Counted from the first letter of the stretch, positions 9,793 through 19,875 are shown. The stretch is 64,000 nt of DNA from Verrucomicrobiota bacterium (GCA_039818205.1 JBCBUK010000001.1:448001-512000), one strand, 5' to 3'. Program-made: numbers and translations. The notes: a model not told the origin generated them from the letters alone.

Positions 9793-11109
9793 ATGCTCAG
9801 AACGCTTCCCATCACCCTATTTGCCTGTTTGCTTTGGAGTTTTTCTATCGCAAGTGGGCAATCGCCCGCACAAGAAATCCGCAGTGAACAACCTGCCACA
9901 GATCACCCCGACTTGCCCAATGTCCTGTTTCTCGGCGATGAGGTGATGTTTGCCTATATGGATGACTTGCAGGGTCTGATCAACGGCACGATCAATGCGA
10001 CCTTCATCAGCATGCCACAGGGACAAAAACCCGATTGGACCTCATTCTTTCGTGACCAAGTAAACCACCAAAAGTGGGACGTGATCCACTTCAACTACGG
10101 GCGAGAAGCCATGCTCCATGTCGATCCAGACGGTGAACCAGTAGCGAATCCCGCGAATGGAACCCCGGTCGTCTCAAAGACGGAGATCTGGACCGTCTAC
10201 GACGACCTTCACAAGCACCTGGCCAAAACGGATGCGTTTTTAGTTGGAAGCACGACCACGCCCATTCGCGGCAGGATGCCTGGCTATGATCGCGGGGTTG
10301 ATTGGATTTATCGCAGCCGCTTCCAGCAAATGCTGGGGCCCAACGGAGTAAAAATCAACGACCTGGCCGACTACACGACCACTCGCCTTGACGAAATGGT
10401 GCGCGAAAATAGCTACCTACCAACAACCATTGGGGCACAACTGATGGCCGAGCAAGTCGCCAATAGTGTTCTCGAGGCACTCAACGAGGGCAGCGACCCC
10501 AACCGTCCTCGAGTTCTGATTGTTGGCGATTCGATTGTGGGAGGCTACTATGGAGCGACACGAGATTTGTTTGCCGGAGAAGCGTCTGTCTACGCGGGCG
10601 GAACCACCTACAACAATCCGTCTCCGAACTGGAAGAGGATTGTCGACGAATACATTGAGAAAGGTGGTAAACGCGGCTGGGATGTCATCCAGTTCAACTG
10701 GGGTCTGCATGCAATCAAGTACGTCGACGAGAACAACAAAAACAGCGACCCGAGTGAACCGGGTGCTCGAATTCAATTCACGGTCGATGACTACCTCGAG
10801 AACCTTGAAGAGTTTGTCGACGAGCTTGAGCGAACAGACGCAGAACTCATATTTGCGACCACGACTCCCGTCCCGGAAACGGCACCCGGCTCGATCCGCT
10901 ATCTCGACCTCAGCAAATACAATGATCCAGCGACCAAGCTGATGGCCAGCCGAGGCATCAAGGTTAACGATCTCTATTCATTTGCTGCGCCAAGACTCAA
11001 AGAAATCCAGCACCCAAATAATGTGCATTTCAGTGCGTATGGTTCAGCCGAGCTTGCGAAGCAAAACTACCGAATCATCAACGAGGCAATCGCGAAAAAC
11101 GCAGAATAG
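9793..11109 (+). CDS. Secreted tandem SGNH/GDSL hydrolase (putative carbohydrate esterase)
   Basis: Signal peptide; two homologous domains with WDVI(H/Q)FN and TTTP; second has VGDS..NWGLH..NNVHF. Confidence 0.85.
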   Translation: MLRTLPITLFACLLWSFSIASGQSPAQEIRSEQPATDHPDLPNVLFLGDEVMFAYMDDLQGLINGTINATFISMPQGQKPDWTSFFRDQVNHQKWDVIHFNYGREAMLHVDPDGEPVANPANGTPVVSKTEIWTVYDDLHKHLAKTDAFLVGSTTTPIRGRMPGYDRGVDWIYRSRFQQMLGPNGVKINDLADYTTTRLDEMVRENSYLPTTIGAQLMAEQVANSVLEALNEGSDPNRPRVLIVGDSIVGGYYGATRDLFAGEASVYAGGTTYNNPSPNWKRIVDEYIEKGGKRGWDVIQFNWGLHAIKYVDENNKNSDPSEPGARIQFTVDDYLENLEEFVDELERTDAELIFATTTPVPETAPGSIRYLDLSKYNDPATKLMASRGIKVNDLYSFAAPRLKEIQHPNNVHFSAYGSAELAKQNYRIINEAIAKNAE

Positions 11110-11162
11110 GCCGCAAACGGGAGCCGAACTGATTCCGAAAAACGGCACTGGTGACAAACAAA

Positions 11163-12857
11163 CTAGAATGCGCTTGAGGTGACTAATGGCATTGGCCGCC
11201 CCATTTCGTATAGCTCGGCGATCTCAGCTTCGTCCAACACTCGGCTGTAGAAGATCATCTCGTCCATTGCTCCATCAAAATTGCGAACCGCTTTACTTTT
11301 GTTCTCACGCGGCAGGCCCCAATTTCCAAGTTCTCCGGAACCAATGATCAGCTTCGTATTGGAAGGTCCCGCCTGCTTACTCTCTGCCACCAACTCGCCG
11401 TTGATATAGTGACGGATTTGGGTCGTCTTTCCATCGAAGGTGCTCGCGAGGTGGATCCATTGGCCATAAACCGATGGCTGAATCACCGGCGGGGTCAAAA
11501 ACACATACTGGCCCCATTTCGCGTTTTCGTCGGGCTTACGGCAGATGCCCATTTGCAAACGCCCTTGATTCGTAATCTGCCAGTGTGGATTCCCCGGTTC
11601 GAACGAATCGGTCATGAACAAGCCGTTATAGACGTTCTTCAGGCTTTCGATTTTGACCCAAGTCGCAAAGGTCAGACTCTCATACTCGCCAGGAATATTG
11701 AAGCGAACCCGATCGCTTGGATTGTTAAATCGCAAAGCCGACTTTTCGGGCCATCGTCCGTATTCCCATTGGCTTCCGACAATGGCGCCATGGCTATTCT
11801 CATCCGTAATCTCAACGGCGTTCTCTAGGCGGCGAACCCATGGCTCGGTTTGGTAGAATGGAAAATAGCTTACTAAACCCGGACTTTCAGCGACGTGCTT
11901 GGAGTAATCTTTCCAAGCATAAAAACGCTCAGACTCAAGGCGATGCGTTTGCTCAACCAAACGTTTAAGGTCCCAGTAGCCATCAACGTTCAAATCGATA
12001 TCATTCGCATCAGAGTCAGCGGACAGGCTTGCGGCGTCACCCGTAATCAAGGTTTTTAGCGGCTTTCCAGCATCCTCGCCCGGTCCGTAGACTTCGACTT
12101 CCCCCGAAAAGACGTGTAGCTCCGACGGTGTTCCCGGCTCAATCGTCAGACCAAATTCGGTTCCAAGATCCACGAAGCGGTGGTCGGGTGTCGAGATCAC
12201 GAATCCACGAGCATGCGGCGAAACTTGAACGGACATTTTTCCGAAGTGGCAGAAGACTTCGTCGGGCGAGTTAATTTCAAGATCCGCCTTCCCTTCCAGA
12301 ATCATGCTCGCGCCACTGTAGAATTCCAGTTGGGCGACACCCGCTTCCATCCGAAAGTTGCCAACCGGGATGGAATCTCCTGGCTCGTAGACGGTATTTC
12401 CATTCCCCCAATCCACCTGATAGGCTTGGATGAGTACAGCGATTCCCTCGTCAGTTGACTCAATGACCTCGGGTTCTCCGGAGCCCGATTGCGCAACGGT
12501 CGACCCGGATGGATTGACGTTCCATAGAAAGATCGAACCCAGTAAGAATCCGATAACCAGAGCCGCTGCCCATTTTACCGCCGACTTCGCGTAGTGGTGC
12601 CAAGCCCTTGGTGGCTCAGTAGCGGCATCGTCCACGCCAAAAACCGGCCAAATGTGCTTGGGTTCCACGACGTTCTCGGACTCCGACGCATAGTGCATCA
12701 AACTCGAGTGGAGCTCCGAGCGCTCCAAATAGATAAGGCGCGCCTCTTCACTCTCCAAGAGACGCTCTTCGAGTGCCTGCTTATCCTCGAACCCAATCGT
12801 TCCATCGATAAAGGCGTCGCAGAACAGACAGAACTCTTTTTTCTCTTTCTCGTTCAT
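11163..12857 (-). CDS. FecR-domain anti-sigma factor with C-terminal LamG/concanavalin-like domain (copy 1)
   Basis: N-terminal LEERL..ARLIYL..LH, one TM helix, GVAQLEFYSGA, VDLGTEFG, ELHVFSGEVEV, LamG WIHLAST..YINGEL..FDGAMDE; overlaps sigma stop by 4 bp. Confidence 0.88.
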   Translation of the reverse strand: MNEKEKKEFCLFCDAFIDGTIGFEDKQALEERLLESEEARLIYLERSELHSSLMHYASESENVVEPKHIWPVFGVDDAATEPPRAWHHYAKSAVKWAAALVIGFLLGSIFLWNVNPSGSTVAQSGSGEPEVIESTDEGIAVLIQAYQVDWGNGNTVYEPGDSIPVGNFRMEAGVAQLEFYSGASMILEGKADLEINSPDEVFCHFGKMSVQVSPHARGFVISTPDHRFVDLGTEFGLTIEPGTPSELHVFSGEVEVYGPGEDAGKPLKTLITGDAASLSADSDANDIDLNVDGYWDLKRLVEQTHRLESERFYAWKDYSKHVAESPGLVSYFPFYQTEPWVRRLENAVEITDENSHGAIVGSQWEYGRWPEKSALRFNNPSDRVRFNIPGEYESLTFATWVKIESLKNVYNGLFMTDSFEPGNPHWQITNQGRLQMGICRKPDENAKWGQYVFLTPPVIQPSVYGQWIHLASTFDGKTTQIRHYINGELVAESKQAGPSNTKLIIGSGELGNWGLPRENKSKAVRNFDGAMDEMIFYSRVLDEAEIAELYEMGRPMPLVTSSAF

Positions 12858-13423
12858 ATCAAATTATTCTTCTTATTGCGGAAAATTTCCTGGTTAACGC
12901 ATTCGTGCAACGACTGCCGAATACGGGTTAATGCCTTGTACGTCGCGACGATTGATCGATTGGAAACCCGGGCAGCTTCTTCGCTGCTGCCACCATTCTC
13001 ATAACGGGTCAGGATCGTTTTTCGGTCGCGCTCATTTAACTTTTTTAAACACGATGCCAAGGCCTCATGGCGGACATCAGAACCCTGACGGGCGATCAAC
13101 GCGGTCTGCGAAACAACCTCCATAACCTTCTCGTCAAAAACGACTTTGGAGCGGGCAAACTTTAGCCGAGCCTTTCGCACCTTCCAGTAGGCAATTCGGT
13201 TTGCCCAGGGTAGAAAATCCGTCCCGATCTCAAACTCATCGAACTTTTCGTAAATGGTCAGGCAGGTATCCTGAAGAATATCATCCGCATCGAAGCGATT
13301 TGGAACGAGACTGAAAATATACGCGTACATCGCCCGTTGGTGCTTCAATAGCAAACTGATGAGCACCTTCTGACGAGAATCCGTCTCACTGTGATCAAAC
13401 TGCTTCAACGGCTCTGGCGGCAT
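12854..13423 (-). CDS. ECF sigma-70 factor, Rhodopirellula/Verrucomicrobium type (copy 1)
   Basis: HQRAMYAYI..DADDILQDT..FEIGTDFLPWA..IAY; region 4 CLKKL..YKALTRIRQSLHECV. Confidence 0.92.
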   Translation of the reverse strand: MPPEPLKQFDHSETDSRQKVLISLLLKHQRAMYAYIFSLVPNRFDADDILQDTCLTIYEKFDEFEIGTDFLPWANRIAYWKVRKARLKFARSKVVFDEKVMEVVSQTALIARQGSDVRHEALASCLKKLNERDRKTILTRYENGGSSEEAARVSNRSIVATYKALTRIRQSLHECVNQEIFRNKKNNLI

Positions 13424-13455
13424 ATCGAAAGATAAATTCCCATTATACCAATATT

Positions 13456-13533
13456 ATACCAGAAAAGAGCTCGATTGAGACAATTTTTCGAAACCTGAGA
13501 TTTATTTGTCCTAATAGACATCAGCAGCGTTAT
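13456..13533. promoter_or_regulatory. Back-to-back promoter-like motifs TGTCY-N16-YGNTAT
   Basis: Minus 13482-13456 TGTCT-N16-TGGTAT (part of TGGTATAAT, repeated at 13442-13450); plus 13507-13533 TGTCC-N16-CGTTAT. Confidence 0.6.
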
Positions 13534-13792
13534 TGATAGGTATGTCGTCAATGCCCCCGCAAGTTCGAGTACGGAACGATCGCCGATGCGCGAATCGAGG
13601 GTTGGCTTTGGGTCGAATTTCGCTTCGAGCCAACGCTCATGCGGATCGTTTGCTAAGCAGCGGCACTACAAACCCTAAACCTCATTCATCAGGAAGTTTC
13701 TGGCTTCCTGCGAACGCGGAGGCTCGATGCAACAACACCTGCATTGTCCGTTGCTCGAAAAAGACCCGCATGACCGAATTGGCTAAATCTAG

Positions 13793-16700
13793 ATGAAATT
13801 TGTCCTCACACTTTCTCTGATTCTTACTGGCTTACTAATCGCCCTGCTCGTTGCTCCGATCAATAGCGATGGCAGCAATACCTTCCTATTGTTTCTCGGG
13901 CGCTTTCATCCGTTGATTCTTCACCTACCGATCGGTGCGCTAATTGCGCTTTTTGTGATTGAGCTCATCAATTGGATTCGCCCGAATCACGGATTGGATC
14001 GAGCCTGTGAAATTCTCTTATGGATTTGCACGTTGACCGCGGTTCCATCCGTTATCGCGGGCTACATGCTGGCTTCAAGTGGCGGTTACAGCGAAAGCCT
14101 CCTCAGCCGACATATGTGGCTTGGGTGGGGCACGACCCTGCTATGTGCTTGGTTGTTGGTTGTTCGCTACTGGAAGCGATCCAAGCCCGCTGCGATCTGG
14201 CTTTATCGTCCCCTACTCTTTTTAAACGTCATCTTGCTCTCCCTGGCTGGCCACTACGGCGGATCACTCACGCATGGCTCCGATTACCTGACAAAGTATA
14301 TGCCAGTCGACATGAAACAGGCACTCGGCATCGAACCCACTGCTTCGGAAAAGCTGATGGCGGAAATCCAGAATGCCGAACCTGAATCCGTCGATGAAGA
14401 TGCCCTCTTCTTTGTTAACCATGTGCAGCCAGTAATGTCCCAGTATTGCTACAGCTGCCACGGGCCCGATAAGCAAAAGGGAAATATACGGTTAGACGAA
14501 TTGGATTTTGACATGGTCAACGGGCCCGACGCGGAAAGCTGGCATACCGCACTTGATCAAATCAATGCAGGAGAAATGCCGCCCAAGGGCAAAGCTCAGC
14601 CCACCGATGAGGAGCGCCGTTTAGTTGTCGATTGGATGACCGATTCGCTCGAAGATGCGGCGAAAGCACGCCGCCGTGTTGCGCAACACACCATGCGCCG
14701 GCTTACGCGGCACCAGTATGCTAACTCTCTTAACGAGCTGCTCGGACTCTCTATCGATTTCCACGATGTATTGCCCGAAGACGGGAAGTCAGAAATGGGT
14801 TTCTCCAACGATGCTGAAACCCTTCAAACGTCGGCTCTACATATCGAGTATTTTCAAAAGATTGCTCGCGAGGCCTTGGACAAAGCGATCGTTGAGGGCG
14901 ACAAGCCCGAGGTAAAGCGCTATAAGGCTACCATTGGCTTGGAATCCGGCGTCGGAAAACCTGGGGGAAGCTTTGGCGGATTCCAAGCCGTTACGGTGAA
15001 CCCTGATCATTTCGAGGTTCATGTCCTCGATGAGGACAGCCAAGTTAAACAAGGGAAAGCGGCAAAGGATATTCAAAATAGCATCGGCTTCTGTATGCGT
15101 GGGTCGGCAACGGATCGATTCACGATCACACCAGAAGGTATGAATCTTTACTCGGCGCTCCCACACAAAGAATTCGCGCCTCGTTCCTGGCAGGGGCCTT
15201 CGCCAAACCTAAAGATGCTTATAAAGCATGTCTACCCAGGTGATGGGCCGTTCATGCTCCGTGTTGAGGCTTCACAAGGAGCGTTCACGCCGGCAGCCAA
15301 AGAAGGGTTTGTGAGTCTCCGCGATAAGGCGCCCGCCAAGACTACCGATGATAGTATCGTGATCCAGGCTGCCGACCACGAAGAGACCAAGAATATGGAG
15401 CTCCGGGATGATGGTTTCCTGGTCCCCGTCGATATCACTTCTGATTCCGAAGCTATCTACAACGTCGAGATTCCAGAGAGCGGGTTCTATCAAATTGATT
15501 TGGAACATCCATATGTCGAACAAGCGGCGATGCCGTCTTTTGACATTCGCTTGGCTTGGCGATACCGCAAACAAGAGCGGCTGCAAATCGATGAGTCATT
15601 GGCCAATGACGAAGCGATCGTACACCCCGTCTCATTGGCATATCTCGACAAGAAAAAGTATCATCTAAAAGTCGGTGGTTCGTTCTTTGTGGGCTTTCGG
15701 AAAATCACCTTCACGCCGCTACCTAAAGAAGATCCAGCCTACCAAGACCTGAAAAAAGAAGCCGAGGTAAATGCAAAAAAATACGAAGGTTTACGCCCGG
15801 CATTGAAAGTCTTCGCCGGAACCCGGACAGACGATGGCATGGACTACAAAACCTTCGGAGGGGTCCGAACCGTAGAGGCTCCAACTGGTGAGCCTCAAAT
15901 CTACGAATTTCAAGGAAACTTTGAAAATCTGCCGGTTCCTGCGCCGGGATCAAATTCGAGTGGCCACCTTGCAGATACGATGATCATTGGCCTGTGGAAC
16001 GATTACCTGGTAAAAAAGAGCAGCGAGTCAGGGCCTCCCCTCATGATTCACTCGCTCGAACTCGAGGCTCCGTACTATGAACAGTGGCCTCCGAAAACAC
16101 ACACGCAGATCTTCTTTGAATCCGCGAATCAAAAGAACGAGGAGGCCTACACCAAAGAAGTCATCCAGCGTTTTATGGAGCGAGCGTTTCGCCGGGACGT
16201 TACCGAAAAAGAAGTCGGGTTCTACGTCGACTTCTGGCGTCAAACTCGAAACGAATTCGACCACTACCAGGACAGCGTGAAAGAAGTACTCGTTGCGGTG
16301 CTTTGCTCACCGAACTTCCTCTACATTGTTGATCCAGAAGCAGACGAAGCGGCACCTGCTGAAGAGTCCAGTGAAGACTTTCTTGCTTCTCGGCTGTCCT
16401 ATTTCCTATGGAACTCGCCACCAGACGATGAGCTAAGAGAACTTGCTGCAACCGGCAATTTGCAAACATCTTTGAATAACCAGGTCGATCGTATGCTGAG
16501 AGACCCTCGAGTCCTCGAAATGATTCGGGCCTTCTCCTACGAATGGCTCCGGATCGATCGCCTCAAGCAGATGGACACCAACGTTGGCAAGTATCCTGAC
16601 TTTACCCGCTTCGTGAAACAGGACATGGCGGAGGAAACCTACCAGCTGATTCATCAAGTGCTGCAGGACGACATGAGCATCATGCAGCTAATCGATTCCG

Positions 16701-17368
16701 ACTTTGCGATGCTCAATCAAAACCTGGCAGAGTTCTATGGGGTCCCCGGAGTCAAAGGAAGCCACTTCCAGAAAGTCACGTTGCCCGAAGGTTCCAACCG
16801 CGGAGGCCTACTAACCCAAGGAGCCTTTCTCAATGGACACTCCGACGGCATGAGCAGCCACCCGATCAAGCGGGCTGTATGGCTGAAAGAGAAAATTTTG
16901 GGAGAGAAACCACCGCCGCCTCCACCGAACGTTCCAGAACTGGATCCCGATACACCAGGCTTCGAGAAACTAACACTAAAGGAGCAACTGGAACTACATC
17001 GTGACAAAGCATCCTGCGTCGACTGCCACCTCAAGATCGACCCCTACGGCGTTGTCTTCGAGAACTTTGATGCGACTGGCCGCTTCATTTCTAAAATTAA
17101 AGACCGACCGGTCGACGCCGCCTCAGTCTTGCCCGATGGAACTGAGGTCGAGGGCATCGAAGGGATCAAACAATACATCCTAGAACACCGCCGAGACTCG
17201 TTCACCAAAGCGCTTGTTGAGCACCTCTACGCCTATGCATTAGGGCGCAATGTTAGTTTTGCCGACGAAGAAGAAATTGATACAATCGTCTCAGCGGTTC
17301 GCAGCGACGACTATAAATTCAAATCGGTGATCAAGCACATTGTCACCAGCGATTCATTTACCCAATAA
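13793..17368 (+). CDS. DUF2231 membrane domain + planctomycete cytochrome c + DUF1587/1595/1592/1588/1585 protein
   Basis: GRFHPLILHLPIG and GHYGGSLTHG in N-terminal TM region; CYSCH and CVDCH heme motifs; RRLTRHQYANSL; LASRLSYFLWNSPPD; HPIKRAVW; YAYALGR. Confidence 0.9.
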   Translation: MKFVLTLSLILTGLLIALLVAPINSDGSNTFLLFLGRFHPLILHLPIGALIALFVIELINWIRPNHGLDRACEILLWICTLTAVPSVIAGYMLASSGGYSESLLSRHMWLGWGTTLLCAWLLVVRYWKRSKPAAIWLYRPLLFLNVILLSLAGHYGGSLTHGSDYLTKYMPVDMKQALGIEPTASEKLMAEIQNAEPESVDEDALFFVNHVQPVMSQYCYSCHGPDKQKGNIRLDELDFDMVNGPDAESWHTALDQINAGEMPPKGKAQPTDEERRLVVDWMTDSLEDAAKARRRVAQHTMRRLTRHQYANSLNELLGLSIDFHDVLPEDGKSEMGFSNDAETLQTSALHIEYFQKIAREALDKAIVEGDKPEVKRYKATIGLESGVGKPGGSFGGFQAVTVNPDHFEVHVLDEDSQVKQGKAAKDIQNSIGFCMRGSATDRFTITPEGMNLYSALPHKEFAPRSWQGPSPNLKMLIKHVYPGDGPFMLRVEASQGAFTPAAKEGFVSLRDKAPAKTTDDSIVIQAADHEETKNMELRDDGFLVPVDITSDSEAIYNVEIPESGFYQIDLEHPYVEQAAMPSFDIRLAWRYRKQERLQIDESLANDEAIVHPVSLAYLDKKKYHLKVGGSFFVGFRKITFTPLPKEDPAYQDLKKEAEVNAKKYEGLRPALKVFAGTRTDDGMDYKTFGGVRTVEAPTGEPQIYEFQGNFENLPVPAPGSNSSGHLADTMIIGLWNDYLVKKSSESGPPLMIHSLELEAPYYEQWPPKTHTQIFFESANQKNEEAYTKEVIQRFMERAFRRDVTEKEVGFYVDFWRQTRNEFDHYQDSVKEVLVAVLCSPNFLYIVDPEADEAAPAEESSEDFLASRLSYFLWNSPPDDELRELAATGNLQTSLNNQVDRMLRDPRVLEMIRAFSYEWLRIDRLKQMDTNVGKYPDFTRFVKQDMAEETYQLIHQVLQDDMSIMQLIDSDFAMLNQNLAEFYGVPGVKGSHFQKVTLPEGSNRGGLLTQGAFLNGHSDGMSSHPIKRAVWLKEKILGEKPPPPPPNVPELDPDTPGFEKLTLKEQLELHRDKASCVDCHLKIDPYGVVFENFDATGRFISKIKDRPVDAASVLPDGTEVEGIEGIKQYILEHRRDSFTKALVEHLYAYALGRNVSFADEEEIDTIVSAVRSDDYKFKSVIKHIVTSDSFTQ

Positions 17369-17389
17369 ACCAGGAAGGACCACCCGCAT

Positions 17390-18739
17390 ATGAGCAACAA
17401 ACCATGGCATCTGGACCGACGTACTTTTCTCAAGGGGCTAGGCGTTAGCTGCTTACTCCCTTACATGGAGTGCATGGGTTTTAAGAAGGAACCCAACATC
17501 AGTACACCGGGCGCTCCGAAACGGCTGTGCTTCGTCTATCTTCCCAACGGCGTTTCAATGCCACCCCCGGATAGCGCTGATCACGAAAAGTGGCACTGGT
17601 TCCCATTGGGCCAGGGAGCGGACTACACGTTCACCAACTCGCTGGCACCGCTGGAACCTCACCGAGACAAGATTGCCATCCTCGGCGGGCTCAGTCACCC
17701 ACGAAGTCGGAAGGTGCTTGGGCACATTGCGGGTGACACCTGGCTCACTGGCGGTGACCTCCGTGGTGCCTACAACAACAGCGTTTCGGTCGACCAGATT
17801 GCTGCCGATAGCCTCAGCCGCTACACCCGTTATCCATCATTGACCCTTTCGACCGACGGCGGCGTTGGCTATAAATCCCGCTCAACCACTCTCTCCTACG
17901 ACCGCACTGGCCGGGCAATTCCCGCAGAGCACCGCCAACGAGAGATTTTTGAACGCTACTTCTCACCCGGCGGTGGCGCAACCACCGAGGAGCGCCGCCG
18001 TAGTCTCCAACAGGGCAAGAAAATCGTCGACCTCGTCCTGGAGGACAGCAAACGACTCCAACGTCGTCTTGGCTACAACGACAAAGAAAAGCTGGATGAG
18101 TATCTGACCTCGCTTCATAGCGTTGAGGCCCAGGTTAGCCGAAACGAACGCTGGCTCGACATCCCGCTAAAGCCTTTTGATTCCGACGAAGTGGATCTAA
18201 CTCCTGTGGCCGACGTCGACCCGCAATCCTACCTGCGCTCGATGATGGATCTCATGATCCTCGGGTTCCAAATAGACCTGACACGCGTGATGACCTTTAT
18301 GATGGCACGTGAAGATGGCATGGGTTTCGGCGACAACTTCCCGAAGCTGGCCCTCGGCATCAACAATGGTCACCACAAGATCTCCCACGATAAGACCGAG
18401 AAACGTTGGGAACAATGGGGCCGCTACGACCGCTGGTTAACCGAACAGTTTGCGTATTTTGTGGACCGCATGCAGAACACCAGCGACGAGTTTGGTCCGC
18501 TGATCGACAATACGGTGATTCTTTACGGCAGTGCCTGCAGCAGTACGCACAACGCACGCAATTACCCACTCGTACTTGCTGGCGGTGGCAACCTTGGCGT
18601 CAAACATGGTGAGTATACGGTTTTTGATGAAAGCCATATCCCAATGTCCAACCTGTTCGTTAGCATGCTAAATGCCGTTGGGATCGAGACCGAGCGGTTC
18701 TCCGACAGCACGGGACGCTTGCCCTCGGTTTTCGCCTAA
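17390..18739 (+). CDS. DUF1552 (HXXSHH) domain protein, Tat-type signal
   Basis: DRRTFLKG, PNGV, SVDQIAA, DLTRVMT, HHKISH, HNARNYP; canonical partner of DUF1592 proteins. Confidence 0.9.
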   Translation: MSNKPWHLDRRTFLKGLGVSCLLPYMECMGFKKEPNISTPGAPKRLCFVYLPNGVSMPPPDSADHEKWHWFPLGQGADYTFTNSLAPLEPHRDKIAILGGLSHPRSRKVLGHIAGDTWLTGGDLRGAYNNSVSVDQIAADSLSRYTRYPSLTLSTDGGVGYKSRSTTLSYDRTGRAIPAEHRQREIFERYFSPGGGATTEERRRSLQQGKKIVDLVLEDSKRLQRRLGYNDKEKLDEYLTSLHSVEAQVSRNERWLDIPLKPFDSDEVDLTPVADVDPQSYLRSMMDLMILGFQIDLTRVMTFMMAREDGMGFGDNFPKLALGINNGHHKISHDKTEKRWEQWGRYDRWLTEQFAYFVDRMQNTSDEFGPLIDNTVILYGSACSSTHNARNYPLVLAGGGNLGVKHGEYTVFDESHIPMSNLFVSMLNAVGIETERFSDSTGRLPSVFA

Positions 18740-18808
18740 AGCGAATGCGTTTAACAGGACTCCGAACAACGAAGCAAATCCGCAAATATTAACCATTATT
18801 CCGCAAAT

Positions 18809-18817
18809 TGCTATAAT
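18809..18817 (+). promoter_or_regulatory. Extended -10 promoter element for ABC operon
   Basis: TGCTATAAT about 60 bp upstream of the ATG at 18877. Confidence 0.5.
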
Positions 18818-18876
18818 TAGATAGGAGGCAAAAACACTTCTCGCATTCTATAAAAAAAGTGGCACAAGTATCCCTT

Positions 18877-19875
18877 ATGAAAACCTCTCTCGTACTTTCT
18901 ATCCTTGGTTTTAGCCTACTAGCATTATCGGGCTGCGGAGACAAATCCGGCAGTGCTGAGACCCCAAAACAACCCCGTATCGCCGTTGTGCCGAAAGCCG
19001 GTGATGTCGAGTTCTGGAAAATGGTCCAGGGCGGCGTAATGAAAGCAGCAAGCGAGGAGCCAGAGTATGAGATCATTTGGCAACCGCCAGCAATCGCCAA
19101 TGACCGTTCTGAGCAGATCAAAACAATTCAAAACCTGACGATTAAAGACGTTGACGCACTTGCGGTCGCACCAATCGATGCAATCGATATGGTGAAATCA
19201 GTTTCCAACGCAAAGAAGAAAGGTATCAAAACAATTGTTTGGGACTCCGGCTTGGAAGATGACACCGTTTATGAATCGTTCGTGGCTACCGATAATTATA
19301 ATGGCGGTGCGGAGTGCGCGAAAGCGTTAGCCAAATTCCTTGATGGCAAAGGCAATGTCGGATTGCTGCGCTATGTGGAAGGCTCAGCCAGCACCGAAAA
19401 CCGCGAGCAAGGTTTTCTCGATACCATTAAAACCTTTCCTGACATCGTCATCATATCCGACTCACAACGTGGCGGCGACGAAGCAAAATCACAGGAGGTT
19501 GGTTCACGCCTCTTGCAAAAAGATGGCGATGAACTCCATGCGATTTTCTGCAGCAACCAAACAACGACAGAAGGTATGCTGCGGGCTATGGAGAAGTCTC
19601 CGCTTCAGGGCCAGATCGTGATCGTGGGATTCGACTTCAACCCCTACATCGCCGAATCTCTGCGTAACGGCAACCTGTCTGCGACCGCAGCGCAGGATCC
19701 ATTCAATATGGGTTACCTTTCCGTTAAGACTTCTATCGATCTACTTGAAGGTAAAACGCCCGACAAGCTTGTCGACACCGGCGTTTACATCGTCACCAAG
19801 GAAAACATCGACGACACCGATATGCAGAACGTCCTTTTCCCAGACTATCAGTCTTGGCTGAAGGACGAAGGCTAA
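18877..19875 (+). CDS. Monosaccharide ABC transporter substrate-binding lipoprotein (RbsB-like)
   Basis: Lipobox LSGC; IAVVPK..FW; WDSG; VATDNYNGG; STENREQGF; VGFD; QDPFNMGY. ATG 18877 preferred over GTG 18859. Confidence 0.92.
   Translation: MKTSLVLSILGFSLLALSGCGDKSGSAETPKQPRIAVVPKAGDVEFWKMVQGGVMKAASEEPEYEIIWQPPAIANDRSEQIKTIQNLTIKDVDALAVAPIDAIDMVKSVSNAKKKGIKTIVWDSGLEDDTVYESFVATDNYNGGAECAKALAKFLDGKGNVGLLRYVEGSASTENREQGFLDTIKTFPDIVIISDSQRGGDEAKSQEVGSRLLQKDGDELHAIFCSNQTTTEGMLRAMEKSPLQGQIVIVGFDFNPYIAESLRNGNLSATAAQDPFNMGYLSVKTSIDLLEGKTPDKLVDTGVYIVTKENIDDTDMQNVLFPDYQSWLKDEG

Noticed and set aside
13533..13796. 87-aa ORF in the leader region
   Set aside because: Starts inside the promoter motif with no protein-like features; treated as non-coding, though a leader peptide is not excluded.
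16910..16936. Poly-proline run PPPPPPNVP
   Set aside because: Standard motif of the DUF1588 domain.
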